Assembly (NCBI GenBank): GCA_965116565.1
Contig: OZ220699.1
Location: forward strand, 2,506,858-2,570,857
Length of the DNA stretch: 64,000 nt
Reading direction: 5' to 3'
From: Dehalococcoidia bacterium
GTDB taxonomy: Bacteria; Chloroflexota; Dehalococcoidia; Lucifugimonadales; UBA3495
Position numbers and translations under genes: made by a program. Positions 31,637 through 41,392 of this stretch are shown here, in pieces (position 1 is the first letter of the stretch; every line of letters starts with the position of its first letter). The notes under the pieces were generated by a model. It ran no database searches. It saw only the letters and a program-made list of their open reading frames with translations, and was not told where the DNA came from.

Positions 31637-33004
31637 TCAGCGAACGAGCGTATCCCGTATCGCAGCCCCCACGTCGTCAACCTGCGTAACATCCTGCCAC
31701 TGGCGGACGGCTGCGTCGATCCGCTCGCCGGTCAGCACCAGTCCCACGTTGTTCCGGAACTTTCCGGTGATGTTGTCCATACCCCAGGGATTCGCCTGGC
31801 TGCCCAGGATTGAGCCCCGGGCGGTCTCGTGCTCGATGACCCGGCCATCCTTGAGGGTGACGCGGATCGGCACTCCTTTGGAAACAGTGCCGCCACCCTG
31901 CTCAAACTTGGATTGCACCCGGATGTTCACCCGTTCCATCATGTCCACCACATCCGGATCGACAATCTTGTCGTCGGAGAAGGTGTCGATGGCTATCTCA
32001 CCGTCCACCAGCGCGGCAGCCATGTTGTACTTGGCGCTGAACTTGCCCTTCAGGTCGGATTCAGGTTCCTCGTAGAGCATGACCGTGGAGGCGTAGGACT
32101 GCACGATCTCGGCGTTGGCCACGTCCTGATAGCTGAATTCGTGCTCCCGCATGAGGCCGAACACGCTGTCCAGCATGGCGTGGTTACCGCCGCAGGACGG
32201 GTACTTCTTGATCATCAAGGCGTCCTGCACGTGAAAGGGCTTTCCCAGTTTGTCGGCGGCTTCCTCGAGGTCAGTGTGCTCATCACCTATTACGGTGGCC
32301 GTGAACCCCACCGGGTGCTCAAGTATCTGTTCGCCGGCGGTGAACCCGCGTTGCGCGAGTTGGGCGGCCATGACGCCATCCCGACAGGTCATGCCCGCGT
32401 GGAGGGGCTTGGTCATGGTCCCGAAGTTGTGGATGACCCCGCCCGCCATGGAGCCGGCCATGCCGAGGGCCATGGTGGTTTGCTCTTCATCGAGCTTCAG
32501 CAGCTTTGAGCACGCGGCCGCTGCTGCCAAACGGCCCAGGATGGCAGTGGAGTGGAATCCCCGGTGCATCTGCTGCCCGTGGTAGTGGGTGGCGTAATCG
32601 ACGGCAAGACCGACCTCACAGCCCACGACGTAGGCCTCCATCAGATCGCGCCCGGTCGCGCCGATACTCTCGCCCAGCGCCAGCAGCGCGGGGAAGATCG
32701 CGACGGTGGGATGGCCGAAACCTCCGAAGTCGTCGTAGTCCAGGGCGTGCCCCATGGTGCCGTTGACCAGCGCAGCGTTCAGGACCGACGTCCGCTCGCC
32801 GGTGGCGAGGACGGTCGCCTCCTCGGTGCCGCCCAAGTCGTTCGCGTAGGCGCGTATTATGTCGCCCAACTTCTGGGTCGAGCCGGCCAGGATGACGCCG
32901 ACGAGGTCGAAACAGGACTCGTTGGCAACTCGGATGGCGTCGGGCGGGATGTCCTCGTATGTCGTCTCCACGATCCACTTTGCTACTTTTTCAGTGGCGC
33001 CCAT
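31637..33004 (-). CDS. MmgE/PrpD family protein (2-methylcitrate dehydratase-like)
   Basis: 455 aa with full-length PrpD-family resemblance. Confidence 0.9.
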   Translation of the reverse strand: MGATEKVAKWIVETTYEDIPPDAIRVANESCFDLVGVILAGSTQKLGDIIRAYANDLGGTEEATVLATGERTSVLNAALVNGTMGHALDYDDFGGFGHPTVAIFPALLALGESIGATGRDLMEAYVVGCEVGLAVDYATHYHGQQMHRGFHSTAILGRLAAAAACSKLLKLDEEQTTMALGMAGSMAGGVIHNFGTMTKPLHAGMTCRDGVMAAQLAQRGFTAGEQILEHPVGFTATVIGDEHTDLEEAADKLGKPFHVQDALMIKKYPSCGGNHAMLDSVFGLMREHEFSYQDVANAEIVQSYASTVMLYEEPESDLKGKFSAKYNMAAALVDGEIAIDTFSDDKIVDPDVVDMMERVNIRVQSKFEQGGGTVSKGVPIRVTLKDGRVIEHETARGSILGSQANPWGMDNITGKFRNNVGLVLTGERIDAAVRQWQDVTQVDDVGAAIRDTLVR

Positions 33005-33080
33005 CGTGCGAAACCTCCTTATTATCGTGTCCCTCTACTACCCCGCATCGGGGAACGAGCCGAGTATAACATCCGCACAA

Positions 33081-33089
33081 TGCTAGAAT
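33081..33089 (+). promoter_or_regulatory. Extended -10 promoter candidate TGCTAGAAT upstream of the CD225 gene
   Basis: TGnTAGAAT lies 34 nt before the ATG at 33123. Confidence 0.45.
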
Positions 33090-33122
33090 CGTGGATCACG
33101 ACACAGCGCCAGGGAGGTGGTC

Positions 33123-33398
33123 ATGTCCGGCTCAAACCATACCCTCAATTTGATTCTTTCTATATTGGTAACTTTATTCTGCTGCCTGCCGCTGGGAATC
33201 GTCGCCATCGTGTTTTCCGCCATCGCCATGTCCCGCGAAGGTTCCGGGGACTACGCGGGAGCAGAGTCGGCCGCTCGCACGGCCCGCATTTGCATCTGGA
33301 TCTCCATCGGACTGAGCCTGGCGTTGTGGTTGATCTATCTGGTGGTGTTCGTGTTGCTGCTCGGCTTCACGATTCTGCCTTTCCTAGCTTTGGGGTAG
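33123..33398 (+). CDS. CD225/dispanin (IFITM-like) family membrane protein
   Basis: LFCCLPLGIVAIVFS...AR motif with two TM segments. GGAGG lies 7 nt upstream. Confidence 0.7.
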   Translation: MSGSNHTLNLILSILVTLFCCLPLGIVAIVFSAIAMSREGSGDYAGAESAARTARICIWISIGLSLALWLIYLVVFVLLLGFTILPFLALG

Positions 33399-33428
33399 GA
33401 CGCATCGGTTTTGACGTCAAGGCTTGAA

Positions 33429-33860
33429 ATGTCCGGAATCCGACAACGCGCCCGCTGGATTAGTTCCCCGGCGGCGACAATCGCAATTTTGTCGGCATTG
33501 GCCGCCGGGGGCCTCACTTTACTGCGCGTCGTGGATCCCAGGGTCCCGGGCAACTATCCGACGTGTCCCTTCCTGTTCGTCACCGGATGCTACTGTCCCG
33601 GGTGCGGCACGCTGCGGGCGCTCGCCACGCTGGTGGAGGGGGATGTGCGCGGCGCGATGGGATACAACCCGTTGACCGTGCTCGCCTTGCCCGTCCTGGC
33701 GGTGTTGGCCTTCGGCGTATTGTCCGAGAGAGTCCGATGGCTGCCGCGGGTCAAACTCCGCGTTTCGCCTTTTGCCGCGTGGACGCTCCTCGCGGTGATC
33801 CTCATATTTTGGGGCCTGCGAAATATCCCGATCTCTCCGTTCGTCATGTTGGCGCCGTAG
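33429..33860 (+). CDS. DUF2752 membrane protein
   Basis: CPFLFVTGCYCPGCGTLRA motif is characteristic of DUF2752. Confidence 0.75.
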   Translation: MSGIRQRARWISSPAATIAILSALAAGGLTLLRVVDPRVPGNYPTCPFLFVTGCYCPGCGTLRALATLVEGDVRGAMGYNPLTVLALPVLAVLAFGVLSERVRWLPRVKLRVSPFAAWTLLAVILIFWGLRNIPISPFVMLAP

Positions 33861-34032
33861 CTGCTGGGGCGCGCCGGTCGTGGGAAACCTCCGACAAAGC
33901 GCAGATTTGATCCGGTGGAACTGTGAACCCCGGGGCCTGCTCCGTCCAAAACCACGCCCCGGGCTCGACACACCCCAATGACAATCCGGATTTCCGGCGT
34001 GGTCAGCCCCGGTTGCCGCCCCAACAGGCATT

Positions 34033-34041
34033 TGCTAGACT
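34033..34041 (+). promoter_or_regulatory. Extended -10 promoter candidate TGCTAGACT upstream of the NIPSNAP gene
   Basis: The same 9-mer occurs upstream of rnpB. Confidence 0.4.
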
Positions 34042-34114
34042 GCCGGCATCTCGCCGGTAACCACCCACGGTGGGCCGGCGAACAGCATCCCGCACAACCC
34101 AGGAGGTACGGCTG

Positions 34115-34732
34115 ATGATTTACGAAGTCCGGACTTACGACCTCAAGCCCGGCGGAGTTCCCATATTCGAAGAGGCTTTCGAGAAGGCGCTCCCCCACCG
34201 CGAGAAATACTCCAAGCTGGCTGCCTTTTTCCACACCGAAATCGGCCCCTTGAACCAGGTGATCCACATCTGGCCCTACGAGAGCCTTGACGAGCGGGCC
34301 GAGGTTCGGGCGGCGTCGGTCCAGGATCCCAACTGGCCGCCGGACAGCCAGGACACCATCCTGCACATGGAGTCGGAAATCTTCCATCCGGCGCCGTTCA
34401 TGCGGCCCATGGGAGGTGGGCAGAAGCAGGGCAACGTGTACGAGATGCGGATTTACGAGTACCAGAACGGCGCCATACCCAAGGTGCTGGACATCTGGGG
34501 CGCGGCGATCGAGCACCGGGAACAGTTCTCTCCGCTGGCCGCCGGGATGTACAGCGACATCGGCGGATTGAACAAGTGGGTCCACATCTGGCCCTACCAG
34601 GACCTCGCCGAGCGCGACCGCATCCGCACGGAGGCGTCGGCGACCCCGCACTGGCCGCCGCCGACCCGGGAATTCCTGGTGAACCAGTCGACCAAGGTGC
34701 TGGTCCCGGCCAGCTTCTCGCCACACGCTTAG
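34115..34732 (+). CDS. NIPSNAP family protein (two NIPSNAP domains)
   Basis: MIYEVRTYDLKPGG... is repeated as YEMRIYEYQNG.... AGGAGG upstream of the ATG. Confidence 0.8.
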   Translation: MIYEVRTYDLKPGGVPIFEEAFEKALPHREKYSKLAAFFHTEIGPLNQVIHIWPYESLDERAEVRAASVQDPNWPPDSQDTILHMESEIFHPAPFMRPMGGGQKQGNVYEMRIYEYQNGAIPKVLDIWGAAIEHREQFSPLAAGMYSDIGGLNKWVHIWPYQDLAERDRIRTEASATPHWPPPTREFLVNQSTKVLVPASFSPHA

Positions 34733-34844
34733 GTCCCACTGACTCGGCAACGACTATGGGGGCGAATATACATTCGCCCCTAAGTTATAATTGGACACGA
34801 ACGATCCCTCGGTTTTTATCTCTCAACCCTTGAGGCGCAACAGC

Positions 34845-35690
34845 ATGGATATCGGAATCGCAATGTTCGTAACCCCCTCGTCGATTGACGTGGCGGAGTT
34901 GGCTCAGGCGTGCGAAGGCCACGGCTTCGAATCTCTCTGGGTGCCTGAGCATCCGGCGATCCCTGCCGGGCCGAAAACACCTTGGCCGGGTTCCCCGGAC
35001 GGCGTCATTCCTCAGATGTATTACGAGTGCGTCGACCCGTTCGTTGCCCTGGGCCGGGCTTCAGGCGTCACCTCGACGCTGAAACTTGGCACCGGGATCT
35101 GCCTTGTACCTGAACGGAACCCGATCCTGCTGGCGAAGGAGATCGCGACCCTGGACTATTTCAGCGGCGGTCGCTTCCTGTTTGGGATAGGGACCGGTTG
35201 GTTGCGGGAGGAAACGGAGTTGTTTGGTGTCGAGTTCAGCCAACGAATCGGATACACCCGTGAATCGATCATGGCGATGAAAGAGCTTTGGACCAAGGAA
35301 GCTGGGGAGTTTCACGGCAAGCACGTTGACTTCCCACCGATCTACTCCTCACCCAAACCGGTGCAGAAGCCGCACCCACCGGTGCTCATCGGCGGCAACG
35401 CTCCCAATGTAGCGCGCCGCGTCGTGAGCTGGGGCGACGGATGGATGCCCAATCGCATCACGCCCGACCAACTGAATGCCACGCGCGAGGAAATAGTGCG
35501 GCTGGCGCAGGAAGCCGGTCGGGACCCGCACACGATTGAAGTGTCCGTGTTCGGGCAGCCGGCAGACCCCGAAATCCTGAAAGCGTACGAGGATGCGGGC
35601 GCCACGCGTGCCATGGTGTTCGCGGAAAGCGCCCCGCGCGACGACGCTCTTCGCCAACTGGACGACTACGCCCGGCGGCTGTTGGCATAA
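34845..35690 (+). CDS. LLM-class F420-dependent oxidoreductase
   Basis: MDIGIAMFVT... luciferase-like sequence; internal Met chosen as the start. Confidence 0.85.
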   Translation: MDIGIAMFVTPSSIDVAELAQACEGHGFESLWVPEHPAIPAGPKTPWPGSPDGVIPQMYYECVDPFVALGRASGVTSTLKLGTGICLVPERNPILLAKEIATLDYFSGGRFLFGIGTGWLREETELFGVEFSQRIGYTRESIMAMKELWTKEAGEFHGKHVDFPPIYSSPKPVQKPHPPVLIGGNAPNVARRVVSWGDGWMPNRITPDQLNATREEIVRLAQEAGRDPHTIEVSVFGQPADPEILKAYEDAGATRAMVFAESAPRDDALRQLDDYARRLLA

Positions 35691-35692
35691 CC

Positions 35693-36088
35693 ATGCTGTC
35701 CGATAACGCAAACCTCCTGTCTCTGCGCGACGCCAACCAACGGTTCTACGACGCTTTCGGGTCGCTGGACCTCGAGCAGATGGATTCGGTCTGGGAGCAA
35801 TCCGACCGTGCGTTGTGCGTGCATCCCGGCTGGCAGCCGATCGTAGGCTGGCCCGACATCCGTCGGTCCTGGCAGGGAATTTTTAACGGCGCGGCATTGA
35901 TGCATTTCAATATTCATTATGTGAACATCGCCATAGAAGGCAATTGCGGATTCGTCACCTGTGTTGAGAGCATAACCAGCGTGGTTGAAGGCCAGGCGCA
36001 GGGATTCGGCGTGTTGGCCACCAATATTTTTGTGCGCGATGGCGACAGTTGGCTGTGCCTCGCCCACCACGCGTCGCCGCGCCTCTGA
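35693..36088 (+). CDS. NTF2-like / SnoaL-like (DUF4440-type) protein
   Basis: 131 aa. The LRDANQRFYDAF...W pattern is typical of the family. Confidence 0.7.
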   Translation: MLSDNANLLSLRDANQRFYDAFGSLDLEQMDSVWEQSDRALCVHPGWQPIVGWPDIRRSWQGIFNGAALMHFNIHYVNIAIEGNCGFVTCVESITSVVEGQAQGFGVLATNIFVRDGDSWLCLAHHASPRL

Positions 36089-36190
36089 TTTGACCTCGAT
36101 CTCTTTTTGGCCACGTCGGGATCGGTGCGTCGGTCCCGATAAATCCTCGTATCTGTACCCAAACCCCAGCCGAGTGACTCGGAGGGCAAT

Positions 36191-37441
36191 ATGTCCTATT
36201 CTCCAACCGATGCAGGCGAAATATCCGCGACCGACCGGAACTTGTGGCAGGCGATCGTTTCTGAAGCTGTTGCCCATCTCACCTATACCGCGTACGCACA
36301 AAAAGCCCGTGAGGAGGGGTTCCCGGAAGTTGCCGAGGTGTTTGAGGATGTGGCGCGGGCGGAAACCCAGCACGGTCTCAGCTACCTGAAAGTCGCCGGA
36401 GCGGTGGAAGGCACGTCAGCCAACCTCAGCAAAGTGATCGATGGAGAGACCAGGGAATACACACGCACGTACCCTCGCATGATCAACGATGCGTTGGCGG
36501 ACAACCGAGCCGAGGCAGTTGCCGCGTTCCGCGACGCTATGGAGCAGGAAAAGGAACACCAAATCGCCTTTTCGGACGCCCTCTCGCGCCTGCACACCCG
36601 GGGCGACAACGCATCGCTGGCCGTCCTCGACGCCCCACGGCACCCTTACTCGACGGACCGCTCGGGTCCAATCCCGGCGGGTGCTGAGCAGCCGGTATTA
36701 CCCTTGGACCTCGAAAATTACATAGACGCCGCCCTCGCGTTGGACAAAGAACCGTTCAGGGTTTCCAACCTGGGGCGACTCCGTGAGGTGGTGTTCGGAG
36801 CGCAGGACGGGATCATCAGCACAGTTGCTTTGACCACTTCGCTCGCCATCGCGGTGGGGACCACTGGCACCGTGTTGGTGGCGGGGTTGGCCGCCGCGGC
36901 GGCAGGGATGATCAGCATGGCGGCCGGAGCGTACCTGGGCTCCCGCGCCGAGGAAGACGTTCGTGAGGCGGCGATAGCCGGGCAGGTCAAGGACCTGGCC
37001 GAGAAACCTGAGGAGCAGCTCGCCGAGTTGGTGATCCTTTTCCAGCGGGAAGGCAATACCTATGACGAGGCGGTGAGGCTGGCCAATCAGATGGCCGAGA
37101 ACGAATCCTTGTGGCTCAGCACGTTGCTGGAAAAGAAGCTGGGGATTAGCCCGGACCTGGGAGGCAACCCGCTGAAGGACGCGGCGGTTATGTGCGTTTC
37201 TTTCGGCGGCTCGGCCATAATTCCAATCATCCCTTTCCTGTTCCTCAGCGTCGGATGGGCCTCGATTGGCTGGTCGGTAGGTTTGTCACTGACCGCCTTG
37301 TTTGGGCTGGGGTTGTTTAAAGGTCGGTTGGTTCAGAAATCCCCGATCCTGCAGGGTCTGGAAATTCTGGGGATTGGCGCCGCATCCGCGGCTTTGGGTT
37401 ACCTGCTCGGTGAATGGCTGCCCCGGTTGCTGGGGTTCTAG
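36191..37441 (+). CDS. Erythrin-VIT1 fusion: ferritin-like (rubrerythrin) domain + VIT1/CCC1 iron transporter
   Basis: N-terminal diiron-type EAVAHLTYTAYA...ETQH and a C-terminal VIT1 membrane domain (FGAQDGIISTVAL...). Confidence 0.85.
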   Translation: MSYSPTDAGEISATDRNLWQAIVSEAVAHLTYTAYAQKAREEGFPEVAEVFEDVARAETQHGLSYLKVAGAVEGTSANLSKVIDGETREYTRTYPRMINDALADNRAEAVAAFRDAMEQEKEHQIAFSDALSRLHTRGDNASLAVLDAPRHPYSTDRSGPIPAGAEQPVLPLDLENYIDAALALDKEPFRVSNLGRLREVVFGAQDGIISTVALTTSLAIAVGTTGTVLVAGLAAAAAGMISMAAGAYLGSRAEEDVREAAIAGQVKDLAEKPEEQLAELVILFQREGNTYDEAVRLANQMAENESLWLSTLLEKKLGISPDLGGNPLKDAAVMCVSFGGSAIIPIIPFLFLSVGWASIGWSVGLSLTALFGLGLFKGRLVQKSPILQGLEILGIGAASAALGYLLGEWLPRLLGF

Positions 37442-37528
37442 CCATCTCGGAGGAGTGGCAATTGTAGCAGTGCGAACAAAAAATGGGCGGATTAAATCCG
37501 CCCCGCTGCGTTCAAGTTTGACGCTCCG

Positions 37529-38431
37529 CTAATCGAACCGGGCTAGCAGTCCCTTGACGGCGGCCAGAAAATCCGGTGGATTGTCGCCTTGCACCAGGTG
37601 TCCGGCGTTCGCGACCGTCACGGCGGTGCAATCGTGATGCTCTGCGGCCATGCGGCGCATGGTCTCGTCAGCGAATATGTCGCTGCGATCCCCCCGAACG
37701 ACCAGGGCCGGGCAATCGATCCTGCGCCATCCTTCCCAGAGTTGGTCGGATGTCCACGCGGGCGCGCGGAATCCCTGCCTACGGATCACTTTGTCGTATT
37801 TCCAAGTCCACTTGCCATCGTCGCGCTGGCGGATGCTGTACTTCAACGCGCCCAGAGTCTGTTCCCGGGAGCGGCCGGTATATTCCATGACCCGCTGGGC
37901 GAACTCTTCCAGCGTATCGAGTTCGTCGGGCAGTTCCCGGAACCGCTGAATTCTGTTGGAACCGCGGCGTTGAGTTTCGGGCCCGGTATCCACAATGGTC
38001 AACGACTTGAGCACGCCGGGGTGGGTGGATGCCCACGCTAGACTGTTGCGTCCTCCCATCGAGTGGCCGATGAGGTGGAAATCCGTGAGGGCGAGCGCGG
38101 AGACCAGGCTCTGTACGTCCCCCACGTAGGCGTTGGTGGAGTAATCCTCGTCAGGCGCCCAGTCGCTGTCGCCATGCCCGCGTTGATCCACCGCGATGAC
38201 GCGATAATCCACTGACAGAGGCAGGCTGATGAAATCCCAGCTATGTGCCTGCTGCTGAATTCCATGGAGCATGAGGATGACGGGACTGCCCGGATTGCCC
38301 CATTCCAGATAATGGAGGTTCAATCCGTTCACCTTGACGTGTTTGTCGGTGGGTTCGTTCTCCACCGTGAACGGGACTCCCATCCGCCTCGCCGCGTCAT
38401 GCAGCGACAATCCCATGGAATGTGACGCCAT
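37529..38431 (-). CDS. Alpha/beta hydrolase
   Basis: HGxxQQAHSW and GHSMGG nucleophile elbow. AGGAGG lies 8 nt upstream of the ATG at 38431. Confidence 0.85.
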   Translation of the reverse strand: MASHSMGLSLHDAARRMGVPFTVENEPTDKHVKVNGLNLHYLEWGNPGSPVILMLHGIQQQAHSWDFISLPLSVDYRVIAVDQRGHGDSDWAPDEDYSTNAYVGDVQSLVSALALTDFHLIGHSMGGRNSLAWASTHPGVLKSLTIVDTGPETQRRGSNRIQRFRELPDELDTLEEFAQRVMEYTGRSREQTLGALKYSIRQRDDGKWTWKYDKVIRRQGFRAPAWTSDQLWEGWRRIDCPALVVRGDRSDIFADETMRRMAAEHHDCTAVTVANAGHLVQGDNPPDFLAAVKGLLARFD

Positions 38432-38490
38432 TCTGGCTACCTCCTGATCGGGCCTGCGCGTCATCTTATCACCAAGATGGGCAGAAACGG

Positions 38491-39117
38491 TTATTCTTCC
38501 TCGAGTAGGGCGCGAATCGTAAACATGCGCTGGAACAAGGTAAAGCACGACACCGCTGCGATGACCCACAGTACCCATACCATCACCGGGACGGGGGACA
38601 GGCCCTCTATAATCAATCCGGCGCCCAGGATGATAACCCGTTCAGTGCGTGTCATGATCCCCGACCGGGTGAACGCGCCGAGACCCTCGCCCCGAGCCCG
38701 CAGGTAGGAAACGCCCTGAGAGAACACCAAACCAAGCAGGACAGACAACATGCTCAGTATAAGTTGGCCGGGCGAAAGGCCCGCCAGCAGATAGTAAACG
38801 CCGAGCCCCACAAACAGAGCGGCCTCGCCCAGTCGGTCGAACACGGAATCGAGGAGCGCGCCAAAGGGAGACGCTTTTCCTGTGAGCCTGGCCAGCGCGC
38901 CGTCAAACAAATCGAGTATGCCGCCCGCCAGGAAGACGATTCCGCCGTAAAGGGGCCATCCCAGGGCGACCAGCACCGCACCGGCGACGCAAACCGAAAA
39001 GCCGAGCAGGGTAATGGCGTTAGGGGTCAACCCTATGGCGTTGAATGCATGGGCGCCCGGTACCTCTATGTATCTCAGGATTGCGCCCCGCAGTTCCTCT
39101 CTACCCGGTAACGCCAC
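38491..39117 (-). CDS. CDP-alcohol phosphatidyltransferase (phosphatidylinositol-phosphate synthase-like)
   Basis: DLFDGALAR...DSVFDRLGE CDP-alcohol motif. A GTG start at 39117 would overlap the upstream GT gene. Confidence 0.8.
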   Translation of the reverse strand: MALPGREELRGAILRYIEVPGAHAFNAIGLTPNAITLLGFSVCVAGAVLVALGWPLYGGIVFLAGGILDLFDGALARLTGKASPFGALLDSVFDRLGEAALFVGLGVYYLLAGLSPGQLILSMLSVLLGLVFSQGVSYLRARGEGLGAFTRSGIMTRTERVIILGAGLIIEGLSPVPVMVWVLWVIAAVSCFTLFQRMFTIRALLEEE

Positions 39118-40255
39118 AGCCGATGACCTCCTCAATGCACTGCTCGTAGTATTCCTCGACCTCGGATGCCACACGCTCCCATCGGTATTGCTGCGCGGTG
39201 CGGCGGCCGGCGTGGACGAGTCGTTCCGACAATGTTTGGTCTTTCAGAATTTGCAGAACGGCATTGGCGATCCCGTCGGAATCCCTCGCGGGCGCCAAAA
39301 GTCCGTTGACGTTTTGAGAAACAACGTTCCGGTAGCCGTCAATGTCCGAGGCCACCACGGGAGCGCCGGCGGCCATCGCTTCCAAAAGCACGATTCCGAA
39401 ACTCTCGCCGCCGGTCGCCGGGCTGCAAAAAACATCCGCGCTGGCGTAGTACCGGGGCAAGTCCGCGCCGGAGACGGAGCCGGGCACGAGCACAGAGTTT
39501 GGATCATCAGCCGTCGCCGCTTCTAGCAGGGCCGAACATTCCCGGTCGGGCTCTCCGGGTCCGACGACGATCAACCGGGGGTTATCGAGCTTTGATTGTA
39601 GGGACAGGAAAGCTTCGAGAAGGTAGCGCAGCCCTTTGCGTTCGTCCTTGCGACCGACGAACAGAATGTTGGACCTGCTATCCAGCAAGTGGGGGAAGGG
39701 ATCCGCGTCGGCGAACCGTTGATAATCTATGCCGTTGGGTATCACGCGGTAACGGTAGCCGGGGAAATGCGGCGACACGAAATCACGCGCGGCCGGAGAC
39801 ACCGCGATGCGACCATGAAGACGACGCTGCCAACGACCGACTGCCCGTCGAGTCATGCGATACAGGTGGGCGCGATGCGAATACGCGTGAAACGTTCCCA
39901 CGTTGACTGCCCGTGAGTGCTGCAGGACCATCAACGGCAATAACGGGGCCAGTGGTTCATGGAGATGCACCACGTCGAATCGCTCACGTTGCATCAGGGC
40001 TCTCACCCGCAGGTAGAGCCACCAATCCAGCGTGACGCGCGCCTTGGACCCGCCGGCTGACAGGGGTACGGACCGGCCCATGGGGATGAACCGCTGGTCG
40101 GATTGTTGGGAAGCGCATGATTTGGCCGCGGAATGTGGCGCGATCACCGAGACCTCGTGGCCTCGACTCTGCAACTCTCGGGACAACTGGGTCACGTGGG
40201 AGTTGACGCCGCCCGGCCAGGCCAGGTCGTAGGGAGACACCATGGCAATCTTCAT
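39101..40255 (-). CDS. GT4-family glycosyltransferase (PimA/MshA-like)
   Basis: MKIAMVSPYDLAWPGGVNSHV N-terminus and the E-x7-E region (FGIVLLEAMAAG). Confidence 0.9.
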   Translation of the reverse strand: MKIAMVSPYDLAWPGGVNSHVTQLSRELQSRGHEVSVIAPHSAAKSCASQQSDQRFIPMGRSVPLSAGGSKARVTLDWWLYLRVRALMQRERFDVVHLHEPLAPLLPLMVLQHSRAVNVGTFHAYSHRAHLYRMTRRAVGRWQRRLHGRIAVSPAARDFVSPHFPGYRYRVIPNGIDYQRFADADPFPHLLDSRSNILFVGRKDERKGLRYLLEAFLSLQSKLDNPRLIVVGPGEPDRECSALLEAATADDPNSVLVPGSVSGADLPRYYASADVFCSPATGGESFGIVLLEAMAAGAPVVASDIDGYRNVVSQNVNGLLAPARDSDGIANAVLQILKDQTLSERLVHAGRRTAQQYRWERVASEVEEYYEQCIEEVIGCGVTG

Positions 40256-40288
40256 GGCCAGGCCTGCCTCCCATGGGAATCGCTTTCG

Positions 40289-41392
40289 CTAATTCAGGAC
40301 CGAGACCTGCGCGGAGTTTACGCTGGGGTCGGCGATAAACGCTTCCACCATTCCATGAGCTTCGGCGTCGGTGAACTGGATCGGCGGGCTTTTCATGAAA
40401 TACGCCGACGGCGCGAAGACCGCCCCGCTTTGCCCGTTATCCATGGCCAACTTGGCGCATCGAATCGCATCGACCACCACGCCGGCAGAGTTGGGGCTGT
40501 CCCAGACCTCCAGCTTGACTTCCATTTTGACCGGAGCGCCGCCGAACACCTTGCCGTCGATGTGGATGTAGCACCACTTCCGGTCCTGGAGCCAGGGCAC
40601 GTGGTCGCTGGGGCCGATGTGCACGGCGCCGGCTTCGGGTTCCTCGTCCATCTGGCTGGTAACGGAACCGGTCTTTGAGATTTTCTTGGAGACCAGGCGA
40701 TCACGTTCCAGCATGTTGAGGAAGTCGGTGTTGCCACCGAAGTTCAATTGGTAGGTGTTGTCGATTTCAGCGCCGCGGTTCTCCATCAGGCGGGTCAACA
40801 CGCGGTGAACGATAGTTGCCCCCACCTGGGACTTGATGTCGTCTCCGATGATCGGTACCCCACGCTCTTCAAAACGCCCCCGCCAATAATCCTCGCGGGC
40901 GATGAACACGGGGATGCAGTTGATCATGGCGCAGCGCGCGTCCAGGATCTGCTCCACGTACCACTTGGTGGCCATTTCGCTGCCCACCGGCAGGTAGTTG
41001 ATAACCACGTCCACCTCGCGCTCCTTGAGGATGCCTGAGATGTCCGCGGTGCTGTGGGGAGATTTCACAACCACGTCGGAGAGATAGCGGCCGATGCCGT
41101 CGTGGGTCATGCCCCGTTCCACGGGTACGCCCAGGTAGGGGACATCGGCGAATTTGATAGTATTGTTGGGCTCAGTGAATATGGCTTGGGACAGATCTTT
41201 GCCAACCTTGTTGCGATCGACGTCGAAAGCGGCGACGACCTCGATGTCTTCGATGCGGTAATCCCCGATCCGGTTGTGCATGACGCCCGGTATCGGCTGG
41301 TCGTCCGGAACCTCTACGTACTTGTGAATACCCTGTACCAATGATGAGGCGCAGTTACCCACACCGATGATGGCAACATTAATCTTGCCCAA
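40289..41392 (-). CDS. ino1: myo-Inositol-1-phosphate synthase
   Basis: Bacterial/archaeal-type MIPS sequence. TTG start with AAGGAG 7 nt upstream. Confidence 0.9.
   Translation of the reverse strand: MGKINVAIIGVGNCASSLVQGIHKYVEVPDDQPIPGVMHNRIGDYRIEDIEVVAAFDVDRNKVGKDLSQAIFTEPNNTIKFADVPYLGVPVERGMTHDGIGRYLSDVVVKSPHSTADISGILKEREVDVVINYLPVGSEMATKWYVEQILDARCAMINCIPVFIAREDYWRGRFEERGVPIIGDDIKSQVGATIVHRVLTRLMENRGAEIDNTYQLNFGGNTDFLNMLERDRLVSKKISKTGSVTSQMDEEPEAGAVHIGPSDHVPWLQDRKWCYIHIDGKVFGGAPVKMEVKLEVWDSPNSAGVVVDAIRCAKLAMDNGQSGAVFAPSAYFMKSPPIQFTDAEAHGMVEAFIADPSVNSAQVSVLN

Noticed and set aside
33590-34750. 386-aa ORF on the minus strand.
   Set aside because: It is antisense to the DUF2752 and NIPSNAP genes and has no family resemblance.
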